Source: Epiperipatus broadwayi (lineage: Eukaryota; Animalia; Onychophora). From it: 64,000 nucleotides of DNA. Under the pieces are notes generated by a model that ran no database searches, had not been told where the DNA came from, and saw nothing but the letters and a program-made list of their open reading frames with translations. Positions within the stretch are counted from its first letter, which is position 1. Every line of letters begins with the position of its first letter. The translations under genes were made by a program, and so were the position numbers. Shown one piece after another: positions 1 through 13,075 of the stretch. The stretch covers positions 7,378,001 through 7,442,000 of the forward strand of contig JAQFVV010000005.1 of NCBI GenBank assembly GCA_028023455.1, given 5' to 3'.

Positions 1-640
1 TTTTCGCCAATCGTTTGGTTGGGGATTCACCAGTTATTTGTTTGTTTTCCTTTCATTCTGAAGCATATTTGTCGTGGGTTCTTGAGGCAAATCAATCATC
101 TTTGCTTTGAACGTAGTTTTAAGATGCAGCTTCTACTGGCATATGACATTTTGGGTCCCGACACATTTTTTCGGGCTAGAAAAGCTTGCTGGCACTGGTT
201 TCGTTGATTTATTTCAAGAACGTATTGTTTTCATACCTGTGAATGGGAAGACCAACATTTAGGTGATTTCTCTTCTGAAAGAAATTTGCTCCCTCCCTTT
301 TATAATTTGCTATTGGAAGATCAGTCTGTCTGCTAGAGCATTGCATTTTCGTCTTTCTGGTACACGCCTGGTATAACCCTATTGGTTTTCGTGTAAACTT
401 TTTCTTACAAGTTATTTTGCTCTTAAATAAAAGTTTAAAATTTGTTAAACTTAATTTGGCTGACGTTTGTCTTTGTACGTTTATTTCTCAATTGTCTAAA
501 CAATATTTAAGATATCTTGTTTCTCCCCGAGTTTAGTCCGGTGCATTCAGGTTCGCATATCCTGTCCACCCTTAAAATAAATGTCTAGTTCCGATTTTCG
601 GACTAGTGGCGTCCATGTGGTCAGTATATGCTAATCAAAG
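1..640 (-). mobile_element. Possible 5' part of a Penelope-like element (degenerate hammerhead-like stem followed by a stop-riddled ORF remnant)
   Basis: Minus strand 585-630 reads CTGACCA-CAT-GGAC-GCCACTA-GTCC-GAAA (helix II and GAAA present, core mutated). It is followed by a broken K/N/Q-rich frame (..KTNRVIPGVYQ..). Assignment is tentative. Confidence 0.25.
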
Positions 641-1167
641 ATCTTTTATCCGGTACAATATATATATAATTATACGATTATGGTGAATGTATGTGTCCTG
701 ATTAATTTTTAAATGTAAATTTATTCAATAGGTTTGACAATATATACTTAATATACAAATAAAATATCAAATGCCAAAAGTTCAACTAGTCAATATAATA
801 AACTATGTAGCCAAAATTAAATTACAAATCCATATCAATGGTTTTTGCCTACCTAAAGCAGTCTTCTCAAGTGCAAAGTAGCATAAACTAATATATACTA
901 TCATATTTCTTATAATTCCAATTCATTATTCCGAAGGTAAATTAGAATTATGGCAAATACAATAGTATATATTTATTTTGTGTAATTTTGTACTGGAGGA
1001 AAACTATTTTGGTAAGGAAACCATTGATAGTGAATTTGTAATTAATTTTGGTTAGTTACTTAATTGTGAATTAGTGTAATTTGTTTAAAATAAGTTAAAT
1101 TTATATATATTAAGAAGTAACTTTTTATATTTTGTGAAATTAAATTATTATTGTTTTTCAATACATA

Positions 1168-1210
1168 TTGTTTCTGATGATAGCCAAACAATATGAAATT
1201 GTATAAAAAA
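1168..1210 (+). ncRNA. Degenerate hammerhead-like relic
   Basis: CTGATGA (1174-1180) ... GAAA (1195-1198) at hammerhead spacing, but helix II pairs poorly and helix I is only ~3 bp. Confidence 0.25.
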
Positions 1211-2499
1211 ATAAATTTATAGTCTTTTAATGGGGGACTTGAGCTTTCAAAAAATTATCCAAACAATATTTACTTAGCAAAAAAAAGTATTTTTCATCCC
1301 TTCAGTATTTGGCAATGGTGATTTATTTTATCAAGCCAAATCAACTTCATTGAAAAGGTCACAATGAAGATATAAAATATGTATTGATCAATATTAAGAA
1401 GTAATCATGATTAAAGTAAATTATGTATTTAAAAGACAAATATTTTTCTGTAATTTTATTTCTACTACTTTTGTAAGATAATTCAATTTAGTTAAAACGT
1501 TTTTACTTTCATTTAATAATTCATGCAACATTTCATGCAGCTCTGAAGCAATATTTGCAAAATCAACCATATCTCCCATTTTAAATTATAAAACACTTCA
1601 TCAAATAGCTGTAAAACGTTTTATAAATATGAAATCTTGTCATATAATCTTTCCAATGTTAATCTTAGTGTATCATCATGAACATTTTTCAGAATATGAC
1701 AATATTTGCACTGCAGGAAAGATCTTTTGATTTCTTTTTGAGGCCTCAAAAGAATCAAACAGTAAAATTTTTATTGTCCATTTCATTGTAGTTGTTACTA
1801 CCATATAATTAATGGGTTGATCATTAGCATGCACCAGACAGAGTGATGTGTTTAAAGGCTACAGTATGATATTCCTTCTCAGTTGCCTGATAGTTTTTAA
1901 TTGAAATATCAACTGAATTTTTTGAAAGGAGGATGTGAATGGAAATGAATTCTTTTTTTTTGCTAACATTTAAAGTGGTATTTCATTATAGCCTGAGAAA
2001 AAGTGATTTATTTCCACTGCTTATATATTAATCTATGCTAATATTATGTTTCCCATAACTTCTAGTATTTACATAAGTTTTTAAAAAATAAATAATGAAG
2101 TAAACTATTTTAGAATGCTAGAGCTCTATATTAAATATAATTAATCAAAATGTACCAAATGAGAGTACTAACTAATGTCTAAATTACTTTTTTATTATTG
2201 TTAAACTGATGGAAGCCAACAGCCTCAATAGATAGCTCTGAAGTAGAGTAAGTGAAATACTGTTATTCAAAAATGGAAGCTATTAGAGTGACATCATTTG
2301 AGAAAGTGTGTTAGTTACTTAATACTGATTCCATTGTTAATATTTTAATTTGTGAAATTACATACAAAACCAATTTTATATTAAGCGAAATTAAAAAAAT
2401 TAATTAAAACTACAAGGTAAACAAAAATCACAGAGTACCATAAAAGTATAGCATCATATTCATAAAGTGTGGTACCTATATATTATAATTATATTTTTG

Positions 2500-4800
2500 A
2501 TTCATAGCATATTGATATTCAGGTGATGAAAATGGAAACTATCTTGAACTAAATACTCGGTTACTGATTAGTAAATGGGTGATTTTGTTCGAAATCATAA
2601 ATTCATAAGCTCCAGGATTTAAATGATAGTTCTACATTAAAAAATATGCATTTAAATCATATTCACAAGAATATTGATGATCATTCTTTATCTATGTGCA
2701 CTAAATTTCAATATTAAATACTAAAATTGCTAATTTGGAATTTCAGGATGTCATTATTAAAGCGTGAAATTGTTTTAAGGAGTTTATTATAGGTATAGGT
2801 AAATCTATTCTTGGATTTACTAAAAAAAAGAATCATGACTGGTTTTCTGATAACAATCTTATTAGTAGTGATTTAATTAAAATAAAACATGGCAATTTCT
2901 GATTAGCTGAATAATGGATGAAATGGTAAACATCATAATAAATATTTAAAAATTTAAAGACATGTTTGACACTTGACAAGAGGTTTATATATCATTGGTG
3001 GATTAAAACTGCAAAGAAGATACAGATATTCACTGATTGTGGTCACTAGATCTGTTCTTGATGCATAGGAAGCATCATATGGACTTGGAAAAGGATGTTA
3101 TAATCCTAATAATTGCTGCAAAGGCGCAATGTGATGATATATTTGAACAGATGGAATAAGTATTTTGCACTTTTGAATAATGATACAAAAATTGAGATGA
3201 CAACTTTTAATGATATATTCATTCTACATAATTTAGATTTGGACAAAAATATCCAACTTATTAAAGTTAAAACAGCTTTGTAATTTTAAAAATGGATAGG
3301 CTTCAAGACCTGATGAAATACCCTGGAAAAATTTAAAAATATGGCCATAGGTTGAAAAATATTGGAATTTTTAAACAATATATGAATCTGTAAAGTTGTG
3401 CCATCTGATCTCAAGGATATTTTTATTAATCTAATTTTTAAGAACAGAGGGAATAAACAAGATTGCAGTAATTATCATGAATATCATTATTATCCATTAT
3501 AACATAGGTACTTTCAAGAATTTTGATGAATATTTTGCTTCCAGTTATAAATTAATGATTACCAGAGACTCAATCTGTTTTAGAAAATAAAGAAGTACCA
3601 TAGACATGGTTTTTGTTGTCATTCAAATTTTAAAAAAGTTTCAGGAATAAGGGAGTGATTTATATATTACATTTATTGATTTGGTCAAGGCATTTGATTC
3701 AGTTAATAGGATATGTTTATGATATTTGAAATTAATCGGTTCATCCATCAAAATTTATTCATATATATAGCTTTTAGATGATGGAATGAGAGGAAGTTTT
3801 ATTGATACAAATAGAAAATCAGACATTTGAAATAAAAACTGGTGTTAAGCAAGCTTCAATATTGTTTTCAATTTTTATGAATTGTTTATAGATGGTTTAA
3901 ATACAATCATGTTTGAGGTGAAATTTTCCATTTGAATCGATTAAAAATGGAAATAACTGTTTGGATTCTAGATTTATAGTATGCTGATGATTGTGCTGTT
4001 TTTGCCAGTTCAAGAGACAATTTACAAAATGTTCTTAATCTTTTGAATGCAATGTATAAAAAAATGGTTTATTAATTAATATTTGATAAACTCAAGTTCT
4101 TTATTAACCCAGTGATTGAAGATAAATCCTCAGCATGACCTAGATGGTTATCAGTTTCAGAATATAAATCAATTTAAATACCTTGGTAGTTTTAGAAGTA
4201 AAAAAGTGGGCATAGATATTGAAGTATAACACAGATTTCAATGTACTGCTTTTGTTTTTAGCAAGGTAAAAGGCAGCATATTTCAACATAGTGAAATAAT
4301 TACTGCAATAACTTTAGCTCCATATAGAATTGTTACTTTATCTAATTTATTGTATGGAAGTGTAATTGAACATCTTATTGGCGCAATATTAAAATCATTA
4401 GAAAAGTTTCATTTAAGAATGCTTCATAAACTTTTAAAAATGCAATGGCAAGATCATAAAACCAGTCAATGTTTTTTAGGTTGTTTGATGTATTATTATG
4501 AGTCTGCTATTGTAAAATATTCCATTGGATTGGAAATGTAAAATGAATGAACAATAATAGAACACTTCCTAAAACGACGTTTTATGGCTAATTTGAGCAA
4601 GATTTTCATGGGAGAGGTAGGTCTCATATACAATATAAAGATTATCTTAAAGACATTCTAAAGAAATTCAATGCCAATTATTTTCAGTAATAAAATATAA
4701 CAGACAATGGAATACACTGAAGAGCTACAATTACACACGGTGTTGAAATATTTTAGAAAGAAAAGTTTTCAGAAGAAATTAAAAGACATCATAAAATATC
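2500..4800 (+). mobile_element. RTE-clade non-LTR retrotransposon, degenerate (endonuclease remnant + RT + C-terminus)
   Basis: Hand translation across stops and frameshifts: ASRPDEIP (KAPGPDGIP-like), DCSNY, LPETQS, TIDMVFVVIQILKKFQE..LYITFIDLVKAFDSVNR, GVKQ, YADDCAVF, FKYLGS, LYGS, TFYG..GRGRSHIQYKDYLK. Confidence 0.9.
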
Positions 4801-5099
4801 AAATAAATAGTAAAATGGATCAGTTTGTTCTATATGGAAATATATATTTGTAGTTCACAGATTGGTTTGGATAGTGATTGTAAATATCATTTCTAGTTTT
4901 CTTTTTAAGAGAGGAGGATTGGAATGACCATGCTCATTTACAAGTGGCTGATTATTATTATTATATACTATGCTTTTCTAGAATGTATTATAAATAATTT
5001 TAATACTGTATTAACTATTATTTGAATCATAATAAGAGAAAACAATTAAATCAAATTCCAAGATTAGTTTCAGAATACAAGCATTAATAAATGAGAGGA

Positions 5100-8000
5100 C
5101 AAGGATAGAAAAAATTTTCCCCCTTAAATGAAATAAAGTCTATATATTCAACATGTAAGATAATTATTTACAAATTCTACTTTTTAAAAAAAATCATAAT
5201 TGCATATGAATTTTGGTCTGGAAATTAATATGATGTTAGACCAACTTCTGTACAGCATGTTGGATGCAAATTTCAGAAAAGTATTATTGAGAAAACCCAA
5301 TCTCAACTGTAAACATGCTAAAAAGAAATACATCATATAAGAAACCATGTTCGGCAATGCTTCAGCATTTTCTTTATCACATCAGCTAAATAAAATTTCT
5401 CTCACTACAGAAAACAAGTATAACAGATCCTAGTAAAATAAAATACATTGTAACATCCTCTGTTTTTCAGAGGCAAAACTTTCCATACAGTGATAGATGT
5501 GATGTTTGATGAAATATCCTACTGTTGTAGTAAAACTGACCATTTAAATAAAAACTGCAAACATAAAAGTAAAACATGCACTATTTGCAAGAAAAAAGGA
5601 CTTTTAGCATGCATCTGTGCAATAAAGAGTTTAATATCAAATTTAAACAAATGCCAGATTACAAATCTGGGGCAGAGAGAATGAGTTGTGAAGAAGTTTA
5701 ATGCCACAAACAAGCCCACATCCTGCTTGATGTGAATATCTGTCATCAAAAATTAACAATGGGGATGGATAGTATTGCAGACCAATCATTGATATCATGT
5801 AAAGATAGGTTTAAAGTCAGCAGAGAATATTATAAGAAAATAACACCTGTGGAAATGGATATTATCACAACAGGTATAAATGGAAATAAAAATTGATATA
5901 TATGGAAGAGTAACAATACCTGTAAAACTGAATTTGAGAGTCAAATGTCTTCATAGTATATCATTAACAAAGATTTTTAGTTCATTACTTGAACAGAATT
6001 GGTTTCACTCTTTAGGAATCCATATAAATATGAAAAAAAAAAAGAGTTCAATTGGAAACTATAATCATGAAAGAAGTATTCTGGGTTGTTTAAGTCTGGA
6101 CAAGTGAGCTAAAAACACAACCAATTGATGTTGAATTGATAAAGGAAGTGCAATCTGTAAATCATATAAAGTTCCATTTGCCCTGATAAGAAAGTAGGAA
6201 AAACTATCAATGAGATGATACAAAAGGAAATATTAATCCTGATAAAATATTTATCCATGGCTGTGCCGGTAGTTATTGTTATGAAAGCAGATGGAAATCT
6301 TAGATGGTGTGAAGACTTCTGTGTTGTATTGAATAAATTTATTAATAAAGGGGGATTATCCAGCTCCTAGAATACATGAAGAATTGACATCCATTGCAAA
6401 AAGCTAATATTTCACAAAAATCTCAGAGATGCATTCCACCAAATCCCCACGACTGAAATAACAGTGGAATTATCATTGACCACACATATGGGATTTTACA
6501 TGTGTAATAAATTGCCATACAGAATTACAGTAGCAACAAATATTTTCCAGTCAAAAATGGATAACCTTTTTCCATACTTAAATATTATTTTGGCCATCAC
6601 AAAATTGAAGCTGAAATTTGAAAGGTGAGTAAATGTAGTTTGTTCAAAAATAGATAAACTAGGAGCCAAGATAAGTATATCTCATTTACAAATGAGATAA
6701 AGTTTTTTGCATACATTATAAATAAAAATGTAATGTATCCAGCCAAAAATGGATAACCTTTTTCATGATATAAATGGCCAACATCATTCCATACTTAGAT
6801 GTGATTTTGGTCATCACAAAATTGGACTTGGAATTTGAAAGATAAATGCAGTTTGTTCAAAATTAGATAAAGTAGGAGCCAAGATAAGTATATTTAGTCT
6901 ACAAATGAGATAAATTTTTTTGCATACATTATAAATAAAATTAGAAGGTACCCAAATCTAGATAAAGCAAAAGTCATGAAAAATGCTGCAAGATCAAGAA
7001 ATGTTTTGAGTTACAAGCATTTTTAGGGTAGTTAAATTTTTACAAGAGCTTCTTTGCAGGAGGGTCTCATTTGCTATCACCATTGAATCAATTGTTAAAA
7101 AAAGAAACAATGTTGGAAATAGTCTAAGAAATAAGATTTAGTTTTATGAAAAGACAACAATCTCTTAACTTCAAATCAACTCCTGATACACTGCTGTAGT
7201 GATCTGGATATTATTACTACAGATGCATCAGAATATGGGATTGGAGCCATAATTTCCCATTCTTGTTAAGGAAGAAGAATGCCCTATAGTCTATGCTTTG
7301 AGAACATTATTGGCAGCTGAAAAAAAAAAACTAGTCAAATTAACAAAAGAAGTATTAGTGATTATTTTTGTCATAGAGAAATTTCATCAGTAAAAAAATT
7401 TCAAATCCATATAAATCAAGTACTTTTAGGAATATTTGGTACTGAAACATACTGTGCTGGATAAATATATATTAAAGATATGATTATGAACTAGTATATA
7501 AGCTAGGAAATGGATTAGACACATGAATGCTTTATCACATCTGCCTGATGCAGAAGAAAGACCGTGTAACATTAGAAAAATAAATTATAGACAATGAGTT
7601 TTATTTCACTTTATAGTTATAAAAATACTAAATGAACTAAACAAGACCAAGATTATATCTAGTAATTAAAATGGATAAAATATTGCTGGCCAGAAAGATA
7701 TAATTGAAGTTGTAAAGCCTATTTATTTTATATGAGATAGCTTATCATTTTGCAATAGTTGTGTATTAATGACTGATCACATCCTTGCACTATCACAAGG
7801 CCAGAACCATGTATTTAATTTTCTTCACCAAGGTCACAGTCATGCGTATAAAAGCTTTAGATAAATCATACATCTGGTGACCAAATGTAAGTGGTGAAAT
7901 AGAAATGGTAAAGCAATGTGTAATTTGTCAATCAACTGCTAAATTGCCATCTAGAAAACTTGAAGCTTGACCTAAGTCTATGCAACCTTGGAAATGTTTA

Positions 8001-8880
8001 AATTTAATCCCCACAGCATGCATATGTAATTTTGATAGTTGTGGATGTGTTTTCACATTGGATTGAAATAAGATATTAAGAAATATAGCAGAATGTATAA
8101 TTAAGGCACTTAAAGAAATTTTTGGTATACATGATTATCCAAAGATTATTGTAATTAACAATGGGTCTGGATTTGTCTCTCAGTAATTTATGGCTTATTT
8201 AGATGATAAAGGAATATGGCACATTTTCCATCTGCCTTATCACTTGAAGAGTAATGGCACAACTGAGAAAGTCATTCAATATTTGATACATTGAACAAAA
8301 CTTATTATAAGAATACACCAAAAGCATTAATTGATACTACATTCCATCAACACTTTATTTCATGTACAACAAGTAACAAGACACCAACCAAATTATTATC
8401 GCACCAATATTTTTGCAATCACCTCATTAAATTATTACCAATTACAACTGAAAAATTTAAGAAACAATTTTGATTGTGGAAAATTTTAAATTGGAGAGAG
8501 CATATGGATACATACTATTTTAAAAAAGAAATGGATGCCAAGAGGGATATTGTGAACTTTTCTACGGCAACTACAACTGGTAAAACTAGAAAATGGAAAA
8601 TAAATAAGGAGACATGTAAATTATTTGCATTCTTTTCTAAATGTGTTACCTAATGTAAATGTTTTTAAAGTAAATAAAGAAAAGTCAGATATGAAGGAAG
8701 TGGAGCAAAAAAGTACTTTGTTAACTGAAAAAAAATTGACAGAGACCATGTGAAATAAATAATCACAGTATGGATTTAATAATTGGATCACAGGAAGATC
8801 ACTTTATTACTAGATTGCTACAACAAGAACAAACTTCCACATCACAAGAGAAGGAAGAAAGACTTTTTTCTAAGGAGGTA
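5100..8880 (+). mobile_element. Ty3/gypsy LTR retrotransposon, degenerate gag-pro-RT-RNaseH-integrase
   Basis: Double knuckle SYCCSKTDHLNKNC..CTICKKKG, protease-like MDSIADQSL, RT KADGNLRWCEDF / YPAPRI / KLPYRI..IFQ / YLDVILV, RNaseH TTDASEYGIGAII, integrase LHQGH..CVICQ, IVVDVFSHWIEI, PYHLKSNGTTE. LTRs not confidently resolved. Confidence 0.9.
6553..6940 (+). repeat. Internal ~190-bp tandem duplication in the gypsy RT around the YLDD motif
   Basis: AAAAATGGATAACCTTTT...TTTTTTGCATACATTATAAATAAAA occurs at ~6553-6727 and ~6745-6940. Confidence 0.85.
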
Positions 8881-9339
8881 CTCATAGGAAACTGCTAGAT
8901 TAATAGGCTATATATGCAATTAAAAGCATTATTTCTAGAGTATAGTGAGGATCAGAATATTTGTGCATATATTATATAGACTGTAAATAAAATGAATTTC
9001 ATAATTATATAAATATGTATAGATTGTTCTTGAATTTATTATTTTAATTTTAGCATACTCTAGAGAAAATTTACATAGGCTAATATTAATAATTTGCAAG
9101 TATAAAAACAGACTATTATGTAAATTACCCATTGTTATGCAAAAAATATTGGATTCATATTTAAAAACCCAGTCTAGAACTAGGATTTGAAAAAATATGG
9201 CTAATTAGTGTATGAAAAGTGTGTGCTAAGTAAGCACAAAGAAATCTTGGAATGTGATCCAATTCCTTTTGATAGCAGATTGTCAGCTAAAGTAAGATAC
9301 TGAATTGCTAGAAACATAATTGGGTACCAATCTAGTCTG

Positions 9340-9670
9340 CTATCTATATTTCCATTTTCTCTTTAAACACAGCTTTGACATCATGAAAGAATAGTGAGAT
9401 GACTAAATAATCAGTGAAGATTTCTTTGAAAAATAAATTCAAAGTGGAATCTAAAATCTCTTTTTACTTTTTATCACCTGACCTTTTTTTTTTGCAAACT
9501 TTTAGTATTATCTTTTCAATTTCTACTTTGGTTTTGATAAAATGAAAGAGAGAATGGAGAAGGGGGAATATGGTCAATTAGAAGTTTTCAAAATTTCTTA
9601 GGATTTCTCATCATCATAATACTACCTAATATTAACTTACAAAATTAATTGATGTAGAATTTCAAACAAC
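9340..9670 (-). repeat. Dispersed repeat; inverted copy of 13540-13930
   Basis: Reverse complement shares blocks GTTTGAAATT..GTAAGTTAATATTAG and TAGTCATC..TATTCTTTCATGA.G.CAAAGC.GTGTTTAAAGAG with 13540-13930. Confidence 0.75.
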
Positions 9671-9727
9671 CCCTCTTGATCTGTAATTAAGATCTGTTTT
9701 GGAATTTTTCTTATTATTTATCTTTAA

Positions 9728-10926
9728 ATTAATATATATGTGCTCTGCGCACAAATAATGAAGCTATTAATTGTGTGAAATTATTAAAATTTACCGCCAA
9801 GTACTTTCAGGACAGTTTATAGTCCCATATTCATGGTGACTTGTATTTGATTAATATCTATGATATTGATGCAAGTTTTATGCAAATTTATATGCAATGT
9901 TACGTGGACCATTTACGAGATAGGGAAAAGCAGGCCTCTCTTCTGTTGATTGCTGATGGGTCACTTACAATGTAGTAAGCTTCCCTGACTTTACGTTTGG
10001 TGTCGTTTGTTTCAGAGCAAATGACACTGGCTGTGGTGGGTAGAAAAGCATGTCCAGTGGCTCTTTCGTGCTCAACGAAAACCAAATTACCTTCAAGTTT
10101 TGTTATGGTTTTGTTATAAAGGTATCTGTGTTGAGCTACTCTGGTAGCAATGTTAGTTTTGGTCTCTCCTAATATGTTGCATACAATTTCTTTGGGGGCA
10201 GGTGATTTTGTGTGCAACTTGAGGGGTGAGTTCAGGTTTGATGCTGTCTTTGGTGTTATTTATCAGTCTATTGGTGTTGGGAGGTGATCAGAAAGTGACT
10301 TCAAAGTCACTTGATAGTTTTGTTAATGAGGCTTTTGGCTGTTGAGTGAATGTATGGGATTAGTATTCTCGGTTTGTTTTCTTTCTTGTCGTTGTGGTTT
10401 ATTTTATAGAAAAATTTGTCACCAAAGAAATTGTATGGCAACATATTAGGAGAGACCAAAACTAACATTGCCACCAGCATAGCTCAACACAGATACCTTT
10501 ATAACAAAACCAAAACAAAACTTGAAGGTAATTCGGTTTTCGTTGAGCACGAAAGAGCCACTGGACATGCTTTTCTACCCACCACATCCAGTGTCATTTG
10601 CTCTGAAACAAACGACACCAAACGTAAAGTCAGAGAAGCTTACTACATCGTAAGTGACCCATCAGCAATCAACAGAAGAGAGGCCTGCTTTTCCCTATCT
10701 TGTAAATGGTCCACGTAACATCTGCATATAAATTTGCATAAAATTTGCAACAATATTATAAATATTAATCGAATACAAGTCGCCATGAATATGGGACTAT
10801 AAACTGTCCTGAAAGCGCTTGGTGGTAAATTTTAATAATTTCACAGACAATTAATAGCCTCATTATCTATGCGCAGAGCACATATATATTAATTTATTTT
10901 AAGCATTAATGAAGTAAAATCTTAAC
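9728..10926. mobile_element. Penelope-like element 3' fragment (GIY-YIG endonuclease) as a head-to-head inverted pair with 13-bp TSD
   Basis: Minus arm 9728-~10415 encodes linker IPYIHS..KD..KITCP plus GETKTNIATRVAQH..FVEHERATGH..ETNDTKRKVREAYYI..INR. Plus arm ~10422-10926 encodes the same GIY-YIG C-terminus. TATTTATCTTTAA at 9715-9727 and 10927-10939. Confidence 0.9.
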
Positions 10927-11538
10927 TATTTATCTTTAAGTAAATTTCTTTTTTATTGACTTTTTAAAAAGTGAAGGGGAAGCAAGGAATGAAGATGGTG
11001 ATATGATGTCAACTTTGATGAAAACAATAATTGTCAGATACACTGAACATAAAGCATAAATTAAATCAAACAATCCAAATAAAAATGAACTCACTGGCTT
11101 TGAAACAACAAATTAATCAAAAAGAGCATAAAAACATTTATTTGAATTTTCACTGCCCACCCAATAGTTGTTTATTTTTTAATTAAAATGCATGGTTATC
11201 ACTTTTGTTTTACACTAAGTAATTTACTGGCACTACACTGCAAAATCACTCTAAACTATCCCTTACTTCTCTTTTCTCCATCATATATAAACCAAAGTCA
11301 TCTTTAAATGAAGAATATAAGTGATTGTTTTATAATTAAAAACTAAAAAATAATAGTGCAACAATTTAAATGAACACCTCCAAGACTAATATTTCCTGTT
11401 GTTTTTCAAATAAAAACATTTAAAACAATATGTAATATAGGGTATATGAGCACAGACTTTCACACCACCCACCTCTCTCCACTCTATCTAATAACACTGA
11501 TACACCTAAACATATATATGCTGAAAAGATAAATAATC

Positions 11539-11582
11539 ACCAATATACGTATTTCATGCTAAACCAGCAATCATCAGTTGGT
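11539..11582 (-). ncRNA. Minimal type-I hammerhead ribozyme, family A
   Basis: ACCAA-CUGAUGA-UUGC UGGUUUA GCAU-GAAA UACGUA U A|UUGGU; identical copies at 12014-12057 and 12425-12468 (minus). Confidence 0.8.
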
Positions 11583-13031
11583 CCAGACTATCATCTTTAC
11601 ACACATAAATAGTATAAGTGCTCAGATATATATTAAGATAGACTATCCTCATAGTTTAATGGACAGGCTTCAATCCACTCCACACTCCAACTCTTCAACC
11701 GTCCATCCAATTGAAAATCTGATGATGGAATGCTCAAAGGCCACCCTGAGGCCGAGATTATTGTCACGCCCATGTTGACCTAAGGTCAATCTGAACCCCA
11801 CATATACAGGACATAATCCATTTAATACATATGCAAGGATGGGCAGACATCTCTATAATGTAATAATTGAAACCCAGGCTTGTTATATACCTGTGGCTAT
11901 ATATATGTAATATAGGGTATATGAGCACAGACTTTCACACCACCCATCTCTCTCCACTCTATCTAATAACACTGATACACCTAAACACATATATGCTGAA
12001 AAGATAAATAATCACCAATATACGTATTTCATGCTAAACCAGCAATCATCAGTTGGTCCAGACTATCATCTTTACACACATATATAGCATAAGTGCTCAG
12101 ATATATATTAAGATAGACTATCTTCATAGTTTAATGGACAGGCTTCAATCCACTTCACACTCCAACTCTTCAACCATCCATCCAATTGAAAATCTGATGA
12201 TGGAATGCTCAAAGGCCACCCTGAGGCCGAGATTATTGTCACACCCATGTTGACCTAAGGTCAATCTGAACCCCACATGTACAGGACATAATCCATTTAA
12301 TACATATGCAAGGATGGGCAGACATCTCTATGATGTAATAACTGAAACACAGGCTTGTTATACACCATTCTATCTAATAACACTAATACACCTAAACACA
12401 TATATGCTGAAAAGATAAATAATCACCAATATACGTATTTCATGCTAAACCAGCAATCATCAGTTGGTCCAGACTATCATCTTTACACACATATATAGTA
12501 TAAGTGCTCAGATATATATTAAGATAGACTATCCTCATAGTTTAATGGACAGGCTTCAAACCACTCCAACTCTTCAACCGTCCATCCAATTGAAAATCTG
12601 ATGATGGAATGCTCAAAGGCCACCCTGAGGCCGAGATTATTGTCACACACATGTTGACCTAAGGTCAATCTGAACCCCACATGTACAGGACATAATCCAT
12701 TTAATACATATGCAAGGATGGGCAGACATCACAAGCCTGTGTTTCAGTTATTACATTATAGAGATGTCTGCCCATCCTTGCATATGTATTAAATGGATTA
12801 TGTCCTGTACATGTGGGGTTCAGATTGACCTTAGGTCAACATGTGTGTGACAATAATCTCGGCCTCAGGGTGGCCTTTGAGCATTCCATCATCAGATTTT
12901 CAATTGGATGGACGGTTGAAGAGTTGGAGTGTGGAGTGGATTGAAGCCTGTCCATTAAATTATGAGGATAGTCTATCTTAATATATATCTGAGCACTTAT
13001 ACTATATATGTGTGTAAAGATGATAGTCTGG

Positions 13032-13075
13032 ACCAACTGATGATTGCTGGTTTAGCATGAAATACGTATATTGGT
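13032..13075 (+). ncRNA. Minimal type-I hammerhead ribozyme, family A
   Basis: Helix I ACCAA/UUGGU, core CUGAUGA and GAAA, palindromic helix III AUACGUAU, AUA triplet; predicted cut after 13070. Confidence 0.8.

Noticed and set aside
9590-9625. Minus-strand ATGATGA...GAAA next to the PLE fragment
   Set aside because: It lies outside the PLE TSD in a different repeat, lacks C3, and is absent from the paralogous copy at 13.6 kb.
11717-11770. CTGATGA on the opposite strand of family A as a second hammerhead
   Set aside because: No correctly placed GAAA, helix III or helix I follows.
11578-13036. Three near-identical 66-aa ORFs (MVQTIIFTH...) in the ORF track
   Set aside because: They are simply the family A unit read antisense to the ribozyme, begin at TTG, and resemble no protein I recognise.
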